Origin: Prorocentrum cordatum
Lineage: Eukaryota
Length of the DNA stretch: 57,354 nt
Direction of reading: 5' to 3'
NCBI GenBank assembly: GCA_963575745.1
Contig: CAUYUJ010000035.1
Span: 62,001 to 119,354 of the forward strand
The translations under genes and the position numbers were made by a program. The number at the start of each line of letters is the position of its first letter. Position 1 is the first letter of the stretch. The notes under the pieces were generated by a model. The model saw only the letters and a program-made list of their open reading frames with translations. It was not told the origin of the DNA and did not search any database. Shown here one piece after another: positions 34,247 through 47,925 of this stretch.

Positions 34247-34278
<32 letters not shown>

Positions 34279-34483
34279 ACGGCGACGACGGCGACGACGA
34301 TGACGAAGACGACCGACGACGACGACGACGACGACGACCGACGACGACTACTACGGCGACGACGACGACGACCACGGCGACGACGGCCACGACGACGGCC
34401 GACGACGACGATGACGACGACGACGACGACGACCGACGACCGACGACCGACGGCCGACGACCGACGACCGACGACAACGACGT

Positions 34484-34537
<54 letters not shown>

Positions 34538-34707
34538 CGACGACGACGACCACGACGACCGACGACCACGACCACGACGACGACGACGAAGACGACGACG
34601 ACGGCCACTCGACTACGACGACGACGACCACGACGACCGACGACCGACTACCAACGACCGACGACGTTGACGACGACAACCACGACCACGACGACGAAGA
34701 CGACGGA

Positions 34708-34753
<46 letters not shown>

Positions 34754-35006
34754 CACGACGGCCGACGACGCCGACGACGCCGACGCCGACGACGTAGGAC
34801 GACGACGACGACGACCGACGACCGACGACCGACGATCGACGACGACGACAACGGCGACGACGACGACGACGACGATGACGACGACGACGACCGACGACCG
34901 ACGACCACGACGATGACGACGAAGACGACCGACGTCAGAAGACCGATGGCCGACGACCGACGACCGACGACCGACAACCGACGACCAACGACCACGAAGA
35001 CGACAA

Positions 35007-35042
<36 letters not shown>

Positions 35043-35058
35043 TTGACGACGACGACGA

Positions 35059-35132
<74 letters not shown>

Positions 35133-35156
35133 ACGACAACGACGACGGCCGACGAC
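34215..35156 (+). repeat. Long (GAC)n microsatellite with CGAC interruptions
   Basis: Directly visible, ~940 bp. Confidence 0.95.
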
Positions 35157-35649
35157 TGGGCGTCAACACGAGGCGCCCACACCTGGATCAGCTCGTCGGG
35201 GGCCGCGACAATGTTGTGCTCCAGCCGCAACCAGAGTGGCACACGCCTCTGGCCTGGCACCGGGCAGCCGCCCTGGCAGGGCGGCCTCGGCTAGGTCCCC
35301 CTTGTGGGGGGCGTGTTCAGTCGATCCCTCCCCCAGGCGACGGTGACTGCCTCATTCGCGAGCGCTGCGCATCACCACTGTTGTGCAGCTCCGCAGCGTG
35401 GCAAGGCAGGAGCGCCCTGTGGGCGTGGGGGGAGGGGGGGGGAAGACGAGAGAGGGTACGAACGGACTCTGTAATTAGGAGGGGCGCCCTGCACGGCATC
35501 CCTGCGGCGTCAGGGAACCTCCTTCTCTGCCCCTCCCTCTCCCCCTCCTCCTCCTCCTCCTGCTCCTCCTCTTCCTCCTCCTCCTCCTCCTGCTCCTCCT
35601 CCTCCTCCTGCTCCTCCTCCTCCTCCTCGTCCTCCTCCTCCTCCTCGTC

Positions 35650-35975
35650 CTCCATTCCTTTTCCTTACGCAATTCCTCCCTGTCGCGCCCCGAGGTCAGT
35701 CGGAAGGGCGGGCCGGGCGTTTTGCCTAAGATTTCCTCACCATGTATGATCCTGTTGCTTATAAGTTGGTAACAGTTTCACCGATGGGAGGAGGGCCGCT
35801 TCCAGAATGTGGCTCTCGCCTTAGCGCTTAGAGCCGCGCGCCGCGCACATTCGTATTACAAAATTGCCACAGTTTCACGGATTGACGGCGGCTTCTTTTC
35901 CAAATGTGCCTCTCGCCTTAGCGCCGAGCTTACAACTTGCAAGAGCTTCTTGGATTGAAAGCGGTTCCTTTTTCC
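35650..35975 (+). mobile_element. Head and first units of the dispersed satellite-bearing element
   Basis: CCCTGTCGCGCCCCGAGG..GGGCGTTTTGCCTAAGA then AATGTGGCTCTCGCCTTAGCG units. Confidence 0.65.
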
Positions 35976-36043
35976 CCAAACAGCTTGCTGAACGGGGTGC
36001 TGTTGTGATAGAAGCTAACTCCGGCCGAAGGAAAGGGGAGCAG

Positions 36044-36894
36044 AGACATCCTCACAAAAATCTGATGGTCCGGGCCGTTTCGCTTGAGACATCCTCACAA
36101 CTCTCGTTTCTGAATTGGCCGGGATTGGCCGTTTCGCCTGAGACATCCTCGAAAAGTTGCGCTCCGGGACGCCGCGCGAGAGGTGGTCTGGACCGTTTCG
36201 CTTGAGACATCCTCGAACTCTGAGCCCCGAGGTGCCGTGCGAGAGGTGGCCTGGCCCGTTTCACCTGAGACATCCTCCAAACTCTGGGCTCTGAGATGCC
36301 GTGCGCGAGGTGGTCCGGCCCGTCTCGCCTGAGACATCCTCGAAACACTGGGCTCTGAGATGCCGCGCGAGAGGTGGTCTGGCCCGTTTCGCCTGAGACA
36401 TCCTCCAAACTCTGGGCTCTGAGATGCCGTGCGCGAGGTGGTCCGGCCCGTTTCGCCTGAGACATCCTCCAATCTCTGAACTCTGAGATGCCGCGCGAGA
36501 GGTGGTCTGGCCCGTTTCGCCTGAGACATTCTCAAAACTCTGGGCTCTGAGATGCCGCGCGAGAGGTGGTCCGGGCCGTTTCGCCTGAGCCATCCTCGAA
36601 ACTCTGAGCTCTGAGATCCCTTGCGCGAGGTGGTCCGGCCCGTTTCGCCTGAGACATCCTCGAAACTCTGACCTCGGAGATGCCGCGCGAGAGGTGGTCC
36701 GGCCCGTTTCGCCTGAGACATCCTCGAACTTATGAGCTCTGAGATGCCCCGCGCGAGGTGGTTCGGCCCGTTTCGCCTGAGACATCCTTGTAATTCTGAG
36801 CTCTGAGATGCCGTGCGCAAGGTGGTCCGGCCTGTTTCGCACAATACATTCTCGCAACTTTGAGCTCCCAGATGCCGCGCAAGAGGTGGTCCAG
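36044..36894 (+). repeat. Minisatellite array, 64-bp unit, ~13 copies
   Basis: GGCCCGTTTCGCCTGAGACATCCTCGAAACTCTGGGCTCTGAGATGCCGCGCGAGAGGTGGTCC at 36381, 36445, 36509. Further copies at ~37290-37465 and ~37670-37840, inverted copies at ~45790-45985. Confidence 0.9.
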
Positions 36895-38400
36895 CCTGGG
36901 GGCCCAAAAGACCACATGATACATATCCCCCCTGGGACTCTGGGAGTCCCAGGAGGCCCCAGAGAGCTCCAGGAGGCCGCAGGACGCCCAGGACAGGCCA
37001 CAGGGGTCCCCAGGAGATTCCCAGGAGGCTCCCAGGAGGCCCCAGGAGGCCCCCTATCAGAACGTGTCAAGTTAATACACATCCGGTGCCGATTCGTTGA
37101 TTTTTCATGCTCTTGTGCCCCCCCCCTCCATTTTGAGGGGCCCAAGCGACCACAGGTTAGATATCCCCCCTGAGAGCCCCAAGAGGCTTCAGGAAGCCCC
37201 AGGTGGAGTTCAGGAGGCCACAGGAGGCCCAGGAGGAAGCCCCAGGAGGTTCCCAGGAGGCCCCAGGAGGCACCAGGAGGCCCCCGCAATGCGGAGCTCT
37301 GAGACGCCGCGCTCGAGGTGGTCCGGCCCGTTTCGCCTGAGACTTCCTCGCAGCACGTTTCGCCCGAGACATCGTCGCAACTCTGGGGTCCGAGATGCCG
37401 CGCGCGAGGTGGTCCAGCCCGTTACGCTGGAGACATCTTTGCAACTCTAGGCTCCGAGATGCCGTTCGGGATGAAGAGGAGGTGGAGGAGGAGGACGAGG
37501 AGGAGGAGGAGGAGGAGGAGGAGAAGGAGATGAAAGGGAGAAGGAGGAGGCGGATGATCTGGATGAGGGAGCAGGCAGGAGGAGGAGGAGGAGGAGGAGG
37601 AGGAGGGAGAAGGAAAGGAACTGCAAGAGAGGACCTAACGGGAAGCGAGTGTGACGTGGACTTGTCAGAACGTGTGCGAGAGGTTTTCCGGCCCGTTTCG
37701 TTTGAGACATCCTTCCAATACTGAGCTCCAAAATGTCGCTCGCGAGGTGGTCCGGCCCGTTTCGATTGAGCCATCCTCGCAATGCGAGGCTCGAAGATGT
37801 TGCGCGCGAGATGGTCTGGCCCGTTCTGCCTGAGACGTTTCGTAGCACAGGGGCTCCCTCCCGCCTCCCTCTTCCCACTTCCCGCCTCCCTCTTCCCACT
37901 TCCCGCCTGGCTCCTCTTCCCTCCTCCCTCCTCCTGCCTCCCGCCTCCCGCTGCTGCGCCTCTGCCTCCGCCTCCCCGTCCCCGCCGCCAACGTTTCTGC
38001 CGCCTCAGCATCCGTCATGCGCGCACTGCCTTCCGCCCTCCCCAGACATCCGACGTCACGATTTTTCTTGTCAGACGTGCGCCGCGTACCTCTCGATATC
38101 ATCCCCGGGGGAACCATCACGACATCCCCTCCCGCTTCCGCGCCCTCCCCCGCTTCCTCTTACAGTTGCTTCCGACAGCTTACTCGTCGACCAGGTGCGA
38201 GAGAGTACGACACCCTCTAGCGTTAGCTTCCTGATAGGTATGCGTCACACAAATTTTCGTGCAAAGATCTCATGTGCAAACATCATATAATCATGTTCTA
38301 ACATGCCATGCCAGCCCGCACTGGGCGGGCACGCAATCGACTTTGGAAACCGCAATGGGTCTAAAAACCCTGTTGGGGGATACTGGACTCCGGCTATAAT

Positions 38401-38789
38401 TTATGTGGCTCTCGCCTTAGCGCCGCGCGCACTCGTCTTAAACAATTGCAGCAATTTCACGGGTTCCCATGTTCAATGTACCCCAGAAATGGATTTCGGG
38501 AAGAATCAGGACTGTCATGGCGCAATAGTTGCGTTGATTCGCGGTGTTGCAGTCCCAGGAACGGCATTTTAGCACGATTCAAGACCGTCCAGACGCAACA
38601 GTCAGGTTGATTCGTGGCGCTGGACTCCCAGAAATGGTCTTGTGGCACGCTTTAAGATCGTCAAGCGGTTGTCTCCCAAGGGGGCACTCACCTCAGTGGC
38701 AATGGGTCCTTGTGGGGGCCTGTGAAGAGGGAGCTTGACGGGAGGGATTATTCCAAAATCGTTGATGCGTCTTGGGTTTACGCTGGTCC
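38401..38789 (+). mobile_element. Last unit and tail of the dispersed satellite-bearing element
   Basis: ATGTGGCTCTCGCCTTAGCGCCGCGC unit, then tail colinear with ~20900-21212 ending ATCGTTGAT..TGGGTTTACGCTGGTCC. Confidence 0.65.
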
Positions 38790-38903
38790 TTATCCTGCTC
38801 CCCCTCCTCCTCCCCCTCCTCCTCCTCCTCCTCCTCGTCTTACTCCTGCGGATCCTGCTCCTCCTCCTCCTCCTCCTCCTCAACCGACAGAGGCGTCGAA
38901 GAA

Positions 38904-38969
<66 letters not shown>

Positions 38970-39199
38970 TGCCGCACCTAGGCGGCGACCCCAGTCGCCG
39001 CCGCGCCTCGGACGCAACGCCCGCTGGGGGATCAGGAAGAGCAGCGGGGGGGACACAACAAGTGGATGCGGGAAACCAATTTGACAACTTAGGGTATAGC
39101 GATCCGCAGCTCACACATTACCTGCGACTACAGGCAATGGCCGATCCGAGCTTTGCGAGTTGCCCTGGCCGAGCCAGCGTCTCTTCGCCTGCACATTAT

Positions 39200-39242
<43 letters not shown>

Positions 39243-39799
39243 GAGGAGGAGGAGGAGGAGGAGGAGGAGGAGGAGGAGGAGGAGGAGGAGGAGGAGGAGG
39301 AGGAGGAGGAGGGGGGCCAAAGTAACCCCAAAATGCGCCAATGATGCTACAATACACCCTCCCGTCCCGAGTCCCCTTGGAGGTCCAACGGAGCGTGGTC
39401 CTATGCGCATCCAGAGGGACCTTGCTACCCCCTGAGGGTTGCCAGCCGCGCAACTATCACCTCGTCCGTGGGCCCCTGGACAGTACACGCACTCAGACGG
39501 GACCTCGCGGCTCCCTGGGGCTGCCAACTGCACAATCATATATGCTTTGGTGGGCTCCTGTGGTGTCCAGCGGAGCGACGCGACACGTGCACCAGACTAG
39601 ACCTCGCGCTGCCGCGGGGGGCTGCTCACTGCGCAACTGTCGCCACTTTCGTCAGCTCCTGGGAGGCCCAGCAGAGCGACGGCTTACGCGGAGATGTCTG
39701 GTCGAGCCTACACTGTTCTGGAGGGTCCCGCTGAATACACCTGTTGCGGATGGGCTGTTTACGTCCCTGGGCAATCCCGAAACTGAAAACTCCCAATAA

Positions 39800-40170
39800 T
39801 TACACGGATGAAGGGCAGGCCGTTTTCAACCTGTGGCTCTCGCCTGCGCATCGCGCACCTCCGTCCTCAAACCTGAAATAACTTACGCATATGTAGGGCC
39901 TGTCGTTTTCAAAATGTGGCTCTCGCCAGAGCGCCACGCACACTCGTCTTAAACGTTTCCGATCGTAACACGGATGATGGCCCCGTCGTTGTTCAAGCTG
40001 TGGATCTCGCCTTGGCGCAACTTGCATTTGTTTCGGAACCTCCCAATGACGAGGATGGAGGCCTATCCGTTTTCAAAGTGTGGCTCCCGCCCGGAACTTC
40101 CGCGACCATGTTTGGCCAATTGCAGGGCTGTGCAACTGGTGCACAGATGGAGGGCGGTTCCTTTTCAAGC
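39800..40170 (+). repeat. Degenerate 83-bp units of the same family
   Basis: Repeated CACGGAT..GGC..GTTTTCAA..TGTGGCTCTCGCC motifs. Confidence 0.6.
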
Positions 40171-41071
40171 CGGGGCTTTGCATGACTGTTCGTGTTATGC
40201 TGTGACCAGCCAGAAGGTAGCTACATGGATGCAGGACGGTTCCTTCTCCAAATGGGGCCGTCGCACGGCACGGCCTTAAACCTTCACTGCAGGCCCATGG
40301 GGCGCCTCGTCCGTCGCGGGGAGGGGCGCTCTCCGACGTGAGAAGGAGTGCCTGCAGGAACCAGTGAGGAGGGGGCCCTTGGGGCGGGAGAGTGTGTGGC
40401 AGAATTGTTGCTGCATCTTGTGCTTACTCTGGCCCTCTCCCTCCGCCCCTGGGAGCTAACGATACAAGGGGGGCCCGCTCAGAAGCGGAACCACCAACCT
40501 GGAGTCGGCGGTACATCCCTCGGCGATGGGCTCTCGACAACGAGACCGCGTGGTCCTGGGCGGGGTGGGCTATCAAGCCCCTGTCGGCGATCAATGGGCG
40601 TCTGGCGGTTGATGCGTTCCCCGTCAGCCTGCAGCCGGGAACTCCTGCATAGCGTGTCGCGGCGGCGGCCCCGGCGACACGCTATGCCTTACGAGTGGAT
40701 AGCGCGTTGCTCCACTCAGAAATTATGGGACGTTGACGCCGGGGAGCCAGGAAGTAGAGAGCGTGTCGGGCCGAAGCGTGGTGGGCCAGAATCGGCGGAG
40801 TGACACGCTGACCAAAATCGCCCGATTGTATCCCCCCCAGGACTGGTGGCATGAAAAATCGGTGATCCCCCCCAGCGGCGGTCACCGCTGGGGGGGGGAT
40901 GCTCACACCAGGTAGCTACAAAGTGAGAATGCGCAAAAAGATGACCCTCCAGTGGGCGGGGTAACTAGGTCCCCCAGCGACCCCGCGAGGGAGGAGAAGG
41001 GGGGAGAACGACGAAACGGCGAGGAAAACCCCGCGGCTAAACGTGAAGGAAAATGGACATTCTCCTGCCGC

Positions 41072-41103
41072 CCCTCCTCCTCCTCCTCCTCCTCCTCCTC
41101 CTC

Positions 41104-41145
<42 letters not shown>

Positions 41146-41297
41146 AAACGACGACGACGACAACGACGACGACGACCACCACCACCACCACCACCACCAC
41201 CACCACCACCACCACCACCTCCACCACCACCACCACCACCACCACCACCACCACCACCACCACCACCACCACCACCACCACCACCACCACCACCACC
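41072..41297 (+). repeat. Compound microsatellite (CCT)n-(CGA)n-(CCA)n
   Basis: Directly visible. Confidence 0.95.
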
Positions 41298-42343
41298 GCG
41301 CGGTGTCGGTGGCAGGCTGGGCCGGTGCGGCGGCGCCTGATCTCTCGACCTCCCACGCCCGCCCGCGCGACGCCCTGAGGAGAGAGGGGGAGCGGGGGCG
41401 GGGGGGGGGGAACGGCTCTTCCGTAGAGGGAAACAAATAGTGTACACTCCCCCTCTCCCCCAAATTCAAAGTTGGCACGCGCGGGGCAGACTGCAGTCGA
41501 AATGCAACTCAATCAACCCACCGCCAACATTGGTCATTGGTCATTGGGGGGTCCTGGGGGGGGCATTGACAGATTCAGGTGGCATGCGTGCTCGCTAATT
41601 TCTTCGGGGCCTGGAAGGACCGCTGTCCCACACGGCACTGGTCATAACCGGCCTCGAATCTCGACGGGCCAATCAAATCGGGACTCCAAATCCATCTCTC
41701 ATGTGCCCCGGCCAGGAAAGGGAAACGGAGGGAAGGATGGATGGGAAAAGAGGAAGCGGGCGGTGCACACCTCAAGCAGGCGGGCCGCAATGGCAGGCAA
41801 GCCACAAACCCCAGCCTCCCCCTTACGGGGGGAAGCGGGCCCGAAGGTGCGCGCACCGACGAACGGGATAGGCACCAAGCTCGTCGCCCGGCGATTTGCC
41901 TCCAGCCGAGAAGGCGTGGTGCGCAGGGGGACGGTCGGTTCACTTCGTCATTGCGAAGTACTTCCCGACTATCAACCCCTGCCCATATCAGCTGGCATAC
42001 GCAACTGGGTTTGTTCCCCAGGGGAGCGGGCATCAGACCACCATGGGACTTACGGGCCACATGGCCCCGCCTCCCAAACAAATGCGCAGTCCCCCGTGCC
42101 TGGTACTACCTCCGGGCCACAAAGCGTGGCTAGCGCCGCTGCCACGGGCAAAATGCCGCGTCACTGGTTCCAAGATGCGCGGGCCGGTTTAGCTGCCCGC
42201 AGTCGCCGCATTCAATCGACTCTGACGGTGTGCCCCGAGGAATGTGCGGCGCTGACGCCATGAGAACTGGTGCCAGGCCCCTACCCTCGGGGCATGAAGA
42301 AGATAGAGGAACGGAGGAGGAGGCAAAGGAGGAGGAGGAGGCA

Positions 42344-43222
42344 GGACCAGTGTAAACCAAAGAGTCATCAACGATGTTGGAATTAACCCTCCCTCCAAGC
42401 TCTCTCTTCATAAGCACCTACAGCCTTTCATTTACATTGAGGGAACTGCCTCGTTGGAACACCCTTGAAGACCCTGAAACATGCCAAAGCATTGTTCTCG
42501 GGATTTCAAACGCAACGGATCAACCTGGTTGCTGCGTCTTGACGATCCGGAACCGTGCCAGAACGCTATTTCTGGGACTTCAACACCGCGAACCAGCATA
42601 ACTGTTGCACCCGCATGCTCCTGAATCCTTCCAAAACGTCATTTCTGGCACGTTGATCATGGAAACCCGTGAAGCTCTTTCAAATTGTATGAACGGGTGT
42701 GCGCGGCGCTGAGGCGAAAGGCACATTATGAAAAGGAACCGCCCTCAATCCGTGAAAATGCTTCAAATGTTTAAAATGAATGTGCGCGGCGCTAAAGCGA
42801 GAACCACATGTTGAAAAGGAACCGCCCTTAATCCGTGAAACTCTTGCACATGTTTAAAACGAACGTGCGCGGCGCTAAGGTGAGAGCCGCATTCTGAAAA
42901 CCACCCCCGCCCTGAATCCGTGAAGCTCTTGCTAATGTTGATAAACGAATGTGCGCGGCGCTGAAGCAGTAGCCATATTTTGAAAACCACCCGCTCTCAA
43001 TCCTTGAAACTCTTGCAATGTTTCAAAAACAAATGTGCACGGCGCGAAAACGAGAGCCACATTTTGAAAACCACGCGCCCTCCATCTGTGAAACTGCTAC
43101 CACTTGTTAAGCTTCAGAATCATAAATGGTACAGAAGTCTCAGGCGAAACGCCTGGCCCACCCTAAAGATTGGCTTCGGGGTGCGACAGGGAAAAATTAC
43201 GGATAAGGAATTAAGAATGGAA
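42344..43222 (-). mobile_element. Dispersed satellite-bearing element copy
   Basis: GGACCAGTGTAAACCAA..ATCAACGATG tail, ~5 units, head CTCAGGCGAAACGCC..CTTCGGGGTGCGACAGGG. Confidence 0.75.
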
Positions 43223-46200
43223 TAGGAGGATAAGGAAGAGGACGAAAGGGGGACACGAACAGGAGGTCGGCTGGTCGATCGATGACCTCGGGTGGCTCGG
43301 CCTGCTGAGCTATGCCTGGGGGGTGAGGGCAGCAATGGCTCCCTTCGGCCCAATGGAGGAGGAGGAGGGAACGGGAACGATGGAGGAGGAAACCGTATAG
43401 GGGGGGAGGGGAAGGTGGTTAAGAAACAAAGGTTTGTGCGGAAGGGTAAAGGTTTGCTCGGTGCGCGGCGCATGCCACTACATCCCCAGGCCGGAAGTGA
43501 ATTCCTCTTGCAATGAAAGCATCTGCAAGTAACAGCGGGTCGAAGTTGATCTTCGCTCGTGCGCGCGAAACTATGGTGCACCCTTTTTCTGCGCTTGCCG
43601 GACCCAACGTCTTGTGTGCGAAACACAACGGATCCACTGACGTTGCCCCGTTATAGAGAATGTAATAATAGCCTACATCCTGGACCCAAGCGGTGTGGAA
43701 TTCACGGGGCACTGCAAGTGAAACGTAATGCTATGCTTATACGGGATGGGGTTTCTGCGCAGCGTCACACCATCATCACCACCAACTCGGGCGTCACTGC
43801 GGGCTCTTGCCCAGTCCCATAAGACTCTCACAACAATGGAACACTCGATTGTCATTGTGAGCCCCGCCAACTCCCATCACTCCCCCCATAACGTTGCGAA
43901 GCTCGAGTGTCGCAGCGAACACACCATAACAGTGGTTAGCTCGAGCGTTACCGCGGGCACCCGCGTGGTCTGTCGAACTCTTTCGGCCCGCGGGAGTATA
44001 CAACGGTTTGCGTTGGGTTGCTGTTTGGGCCTGTATCCAGAGTCGTCGCATGGCGGCCGACGCAAATGTCCGCAGATTCTGTCGATCTGCGGATTGCAGC
44101 CCTGAGCATGTCGCCTGCGGCACCAAAAAACACAACATGTATACGCCGATTGCATTATCAAGAGCGTAGTTATTTGGGCCCTGATGGGGCAACTGGGCAC
44201 CGCAGAGCATAGGTATTGCATATGTTTTGATTTCACCGCATTGAAACAATCTCGATGCCATTGCCATGGTGCGTGCACTCAAGCATTGCCGAACATAAAG
44301 TGCACCAGCATCGCCCGTAATATCACAGATCATCGACGCCCTGAACGGTATCATGATTTCTGCGACTGTGGGGCGGTATCCCTCACATAAAATGGCCCCA
44401 GGGGCAGGGCAACATGATGGATGTTGGGGGAAGGAGGGAAGCAGGGCGTCTGAAAAAGTGCATGGTCGTTTTCAGGCCCTGTTTGGCTGTTTTGGACCCC
44501 TTCGGCGCGACGAGGAAGACAAACGCGAGGAGGGAGGTGGAGGTGAGAATGATGGTGATGATGAGGAGGAGGAGGTCAACAACAAGGATGTGGACTGTTA
44601 AAGCCCAGTAAGACGACCGGCGTGCTGACCCCCCCCCCTTCGCGACAAGAGGTGCGTCGCGCATTCGTCGCCCGTGCGCCGCCCGTGCGTCGGCCGCCGA
44701 AAAGGCCAGCCGCCCTCTCGAACGTGCACGTCGCCCTCGCAAGGGGGCAATTTGGTGAGTGCGTCGCCAGCGCGGCGGACACCCACGGGGCGGATCGCAC
44801 GCGCGTCGCCCGCTCCACGGCCGCTGACAAGGCCAGTCGCCTTCGGGAAAAAGAGAGTTGCCCACGCTGCGGCCCTCTTGGCGAGAAGAAGGCGGCCGCT
44901 GGGCTACCTCGGATTGGTGTTATGGACACCAATCCGACGTCGCGCTGGCTTCGGCATGCACATGCTGCTCATCCGTGCCCTCGCGTCCGTCGGCTGTCGG
45001 CTGGGCTCGCAGAAGGACCCCATGAGGGACCCAAGCGGACCCCAAGACAGTCCCTGGAATGCCTCACAGAGTGGGGACATGCGGCCGCGCTTCCCCTCAT
45101 CGAATTGAAGTTCCTGGTCTGACCTTGAAGCCTTCTTGGGGCCTTCTTGGGGCCCTCTGAAATCCATCCCTTCTCTTTCTCTCGCCCTCCTTCCCCATCT
45201 TCCCTCATGTTCCCAGTGCCGCGCGGTGCTGTGCATTGCCGTTCGTGTACAAGACAGTCCACATATTGTACTGTCATCTGCGAACACATGGTCCTCTCTC
45301 GGGCCCCATCCCCCTGGACTAGGCACCGAAATCGGAGCATCATCCAGTTGTCGAGCAGCGGCCGTGTACAGTGAGCGAATCCACAGATCGTACTCTCAAG
45401 TGCGGACAGCATTGTTTTGGAAACCGTCCGCAGATTGTACTGTCAAGTGTGGACACGTGTCCCTGGTCCACAGATTGGACTGTCAAGTGCAGACAGATTG
45501 CCTGGGCCTGTGCGCGCACAATCTGCGGACAGGGGGTGCGCCCACAGGACAATCTGCGGACACGCGAGTTGTCCGCAGATGGTCATGGGGTCGTCCGGTG
45601 TACACGAGCAGATCCACAGATCAGAGGTGGGGCATCCGTATGACTGGCGCCGAATCCACAGAACGACGGGGGGAATCTTGTCAGCGCGCGCCGAATCCAC
45701 ACGTCGAGTTTCTTGATAACTCTTTTCGATTTTCTTGGGGCCCCCAGCCGTGGCCACCTGGGAGGCCCCCAGGCTCCCAGGAAGTCACGGCCATATCTGA
45801 GCCTAGAGTTGCGAAGATGTCCCAGGCGAAACGGGGCAGACCACTTCAGGTCAGAGCAGATCTGGGCGTAGAGATGCGAGGGAATCTCAGGCGAAACACG
45901 GGCTGGACCACCTCGTGTCAGGGAATATCCGAGCCTAGAATTGCGAGGATGTTTCAGGCGAGATGGGCTGGCCACCTCGCGAGCGGCACCTCCTCCTGCT
46001 GCTACACTCCGCCTTGTGCTCCTCCGCCTGCTGCTGCTGCTGCTGCTGCTGGTCCTCCTTTTTCTCCCGGTTTACAAAGAGAAGAAAGAGGAGAGGAGGG
46101 GAGTGAGGGCCCCAGGGAACCGCAAGGGACGCTGCTAACAAATACTGACATCGACGAAGTTCTTGCCCGTGCGCCAGTTTGCAACATATTCTTTCCGACC

Positions 46201-46974
46201 TCGACCAGGTCGAACGTGTTCGTTCGCTGACCGCGCGCCTCGATGATCCAGCTGCGCCGCGTCAGAAGCGCGCGCTGCGAAACTAGCGCTGTCACCTGTT
46301 GATTGTGGCGAGATCCAGGGAAGGGTTTGGGCGCAGGTGCGCCATTGCACGCCAGAGGTGCTGGCTGACGCCAGCCCTGCGTCGCTGTAGCGCGCGATTG
46401 CGGCCGGATTCACAGGAACACAAGTTTGCCAGGCGGGCACGTCGCCGTTTGCCGAGCCGCCTGGCTCTCCAGCTTGTCCGCGGGACCATCCGCACATTTT
46501 AAATATCTGCGGAGTATGGCGGTTGGATAAACACAGCCCTATAGAGAGCATGGCGAACAGACCCAGAGAACAACCCAAGGCCTGCGTTGTACACGTCCCG
46601 TGCAATTGGACGTACGCGCGATGCTCGCTCTGCTGCGTTGAGTTTCACCATACGCGTCCACCCGTACTTTTATACCGCTCGCAGAACTGGCAGGGCGAGA
46701 GCATCAAGTGTTGAGGTCATGCACCCGTCGCCTCTCCCTGATACCCCGATGCTGCGGTCACGCACTGCGGCCTTTGGGACCGTGATGCTCCTCCTGCCTT
46801 CCCACTCCGCCATCCCTCCCTCCTCCCTGCTCCCGCTGCTGCTGCTGCTGCTCCAGGCTGTTCCTCTTACCCTCATGTCTCCCTTTTCTGTCCTTATTTG
46901 TTATCTTGTGTTTGCTCTCTCTCTCTCTCTCTCTTTTTCCCTCCCTGCCTCTACTTCTGCCTCGCTCCCTCACT

Positions 46975-47830
<856 letters not shown>

Positions 47831-47858
47831 AACTACCTTTTTGCGGGACCGTGCATGC

Positions 47859-47925
47859 CCCAAGCACCCCATCCCCGCCGGGTAGGCCGTGTTGAACGCG
47901 ACCGCCTTGAGAATGTCGACAGCGC
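47859..47925 (-). CDS. Candidate isolated exon (AVDILKAVAFNTAYPAGMGCL)
   Basis: High GC3; CAG|G acceptor downstream of a long pyrimidine tract; possible GC donor. No recognisable family. Confidence 0.3.

Noticed and set aside
33654..35749. Asp/Thr/Arg-rich ORFs
   Set aside because: Translations of (GAC)n, which has no stop in any frame.
36044..36894. CRISPR-like array (also 5490-6996, 20320-20900, 49735-50770)
   Set aside because: Whole units repeat with no unique spacers; no cas genes; eukaryotic context.
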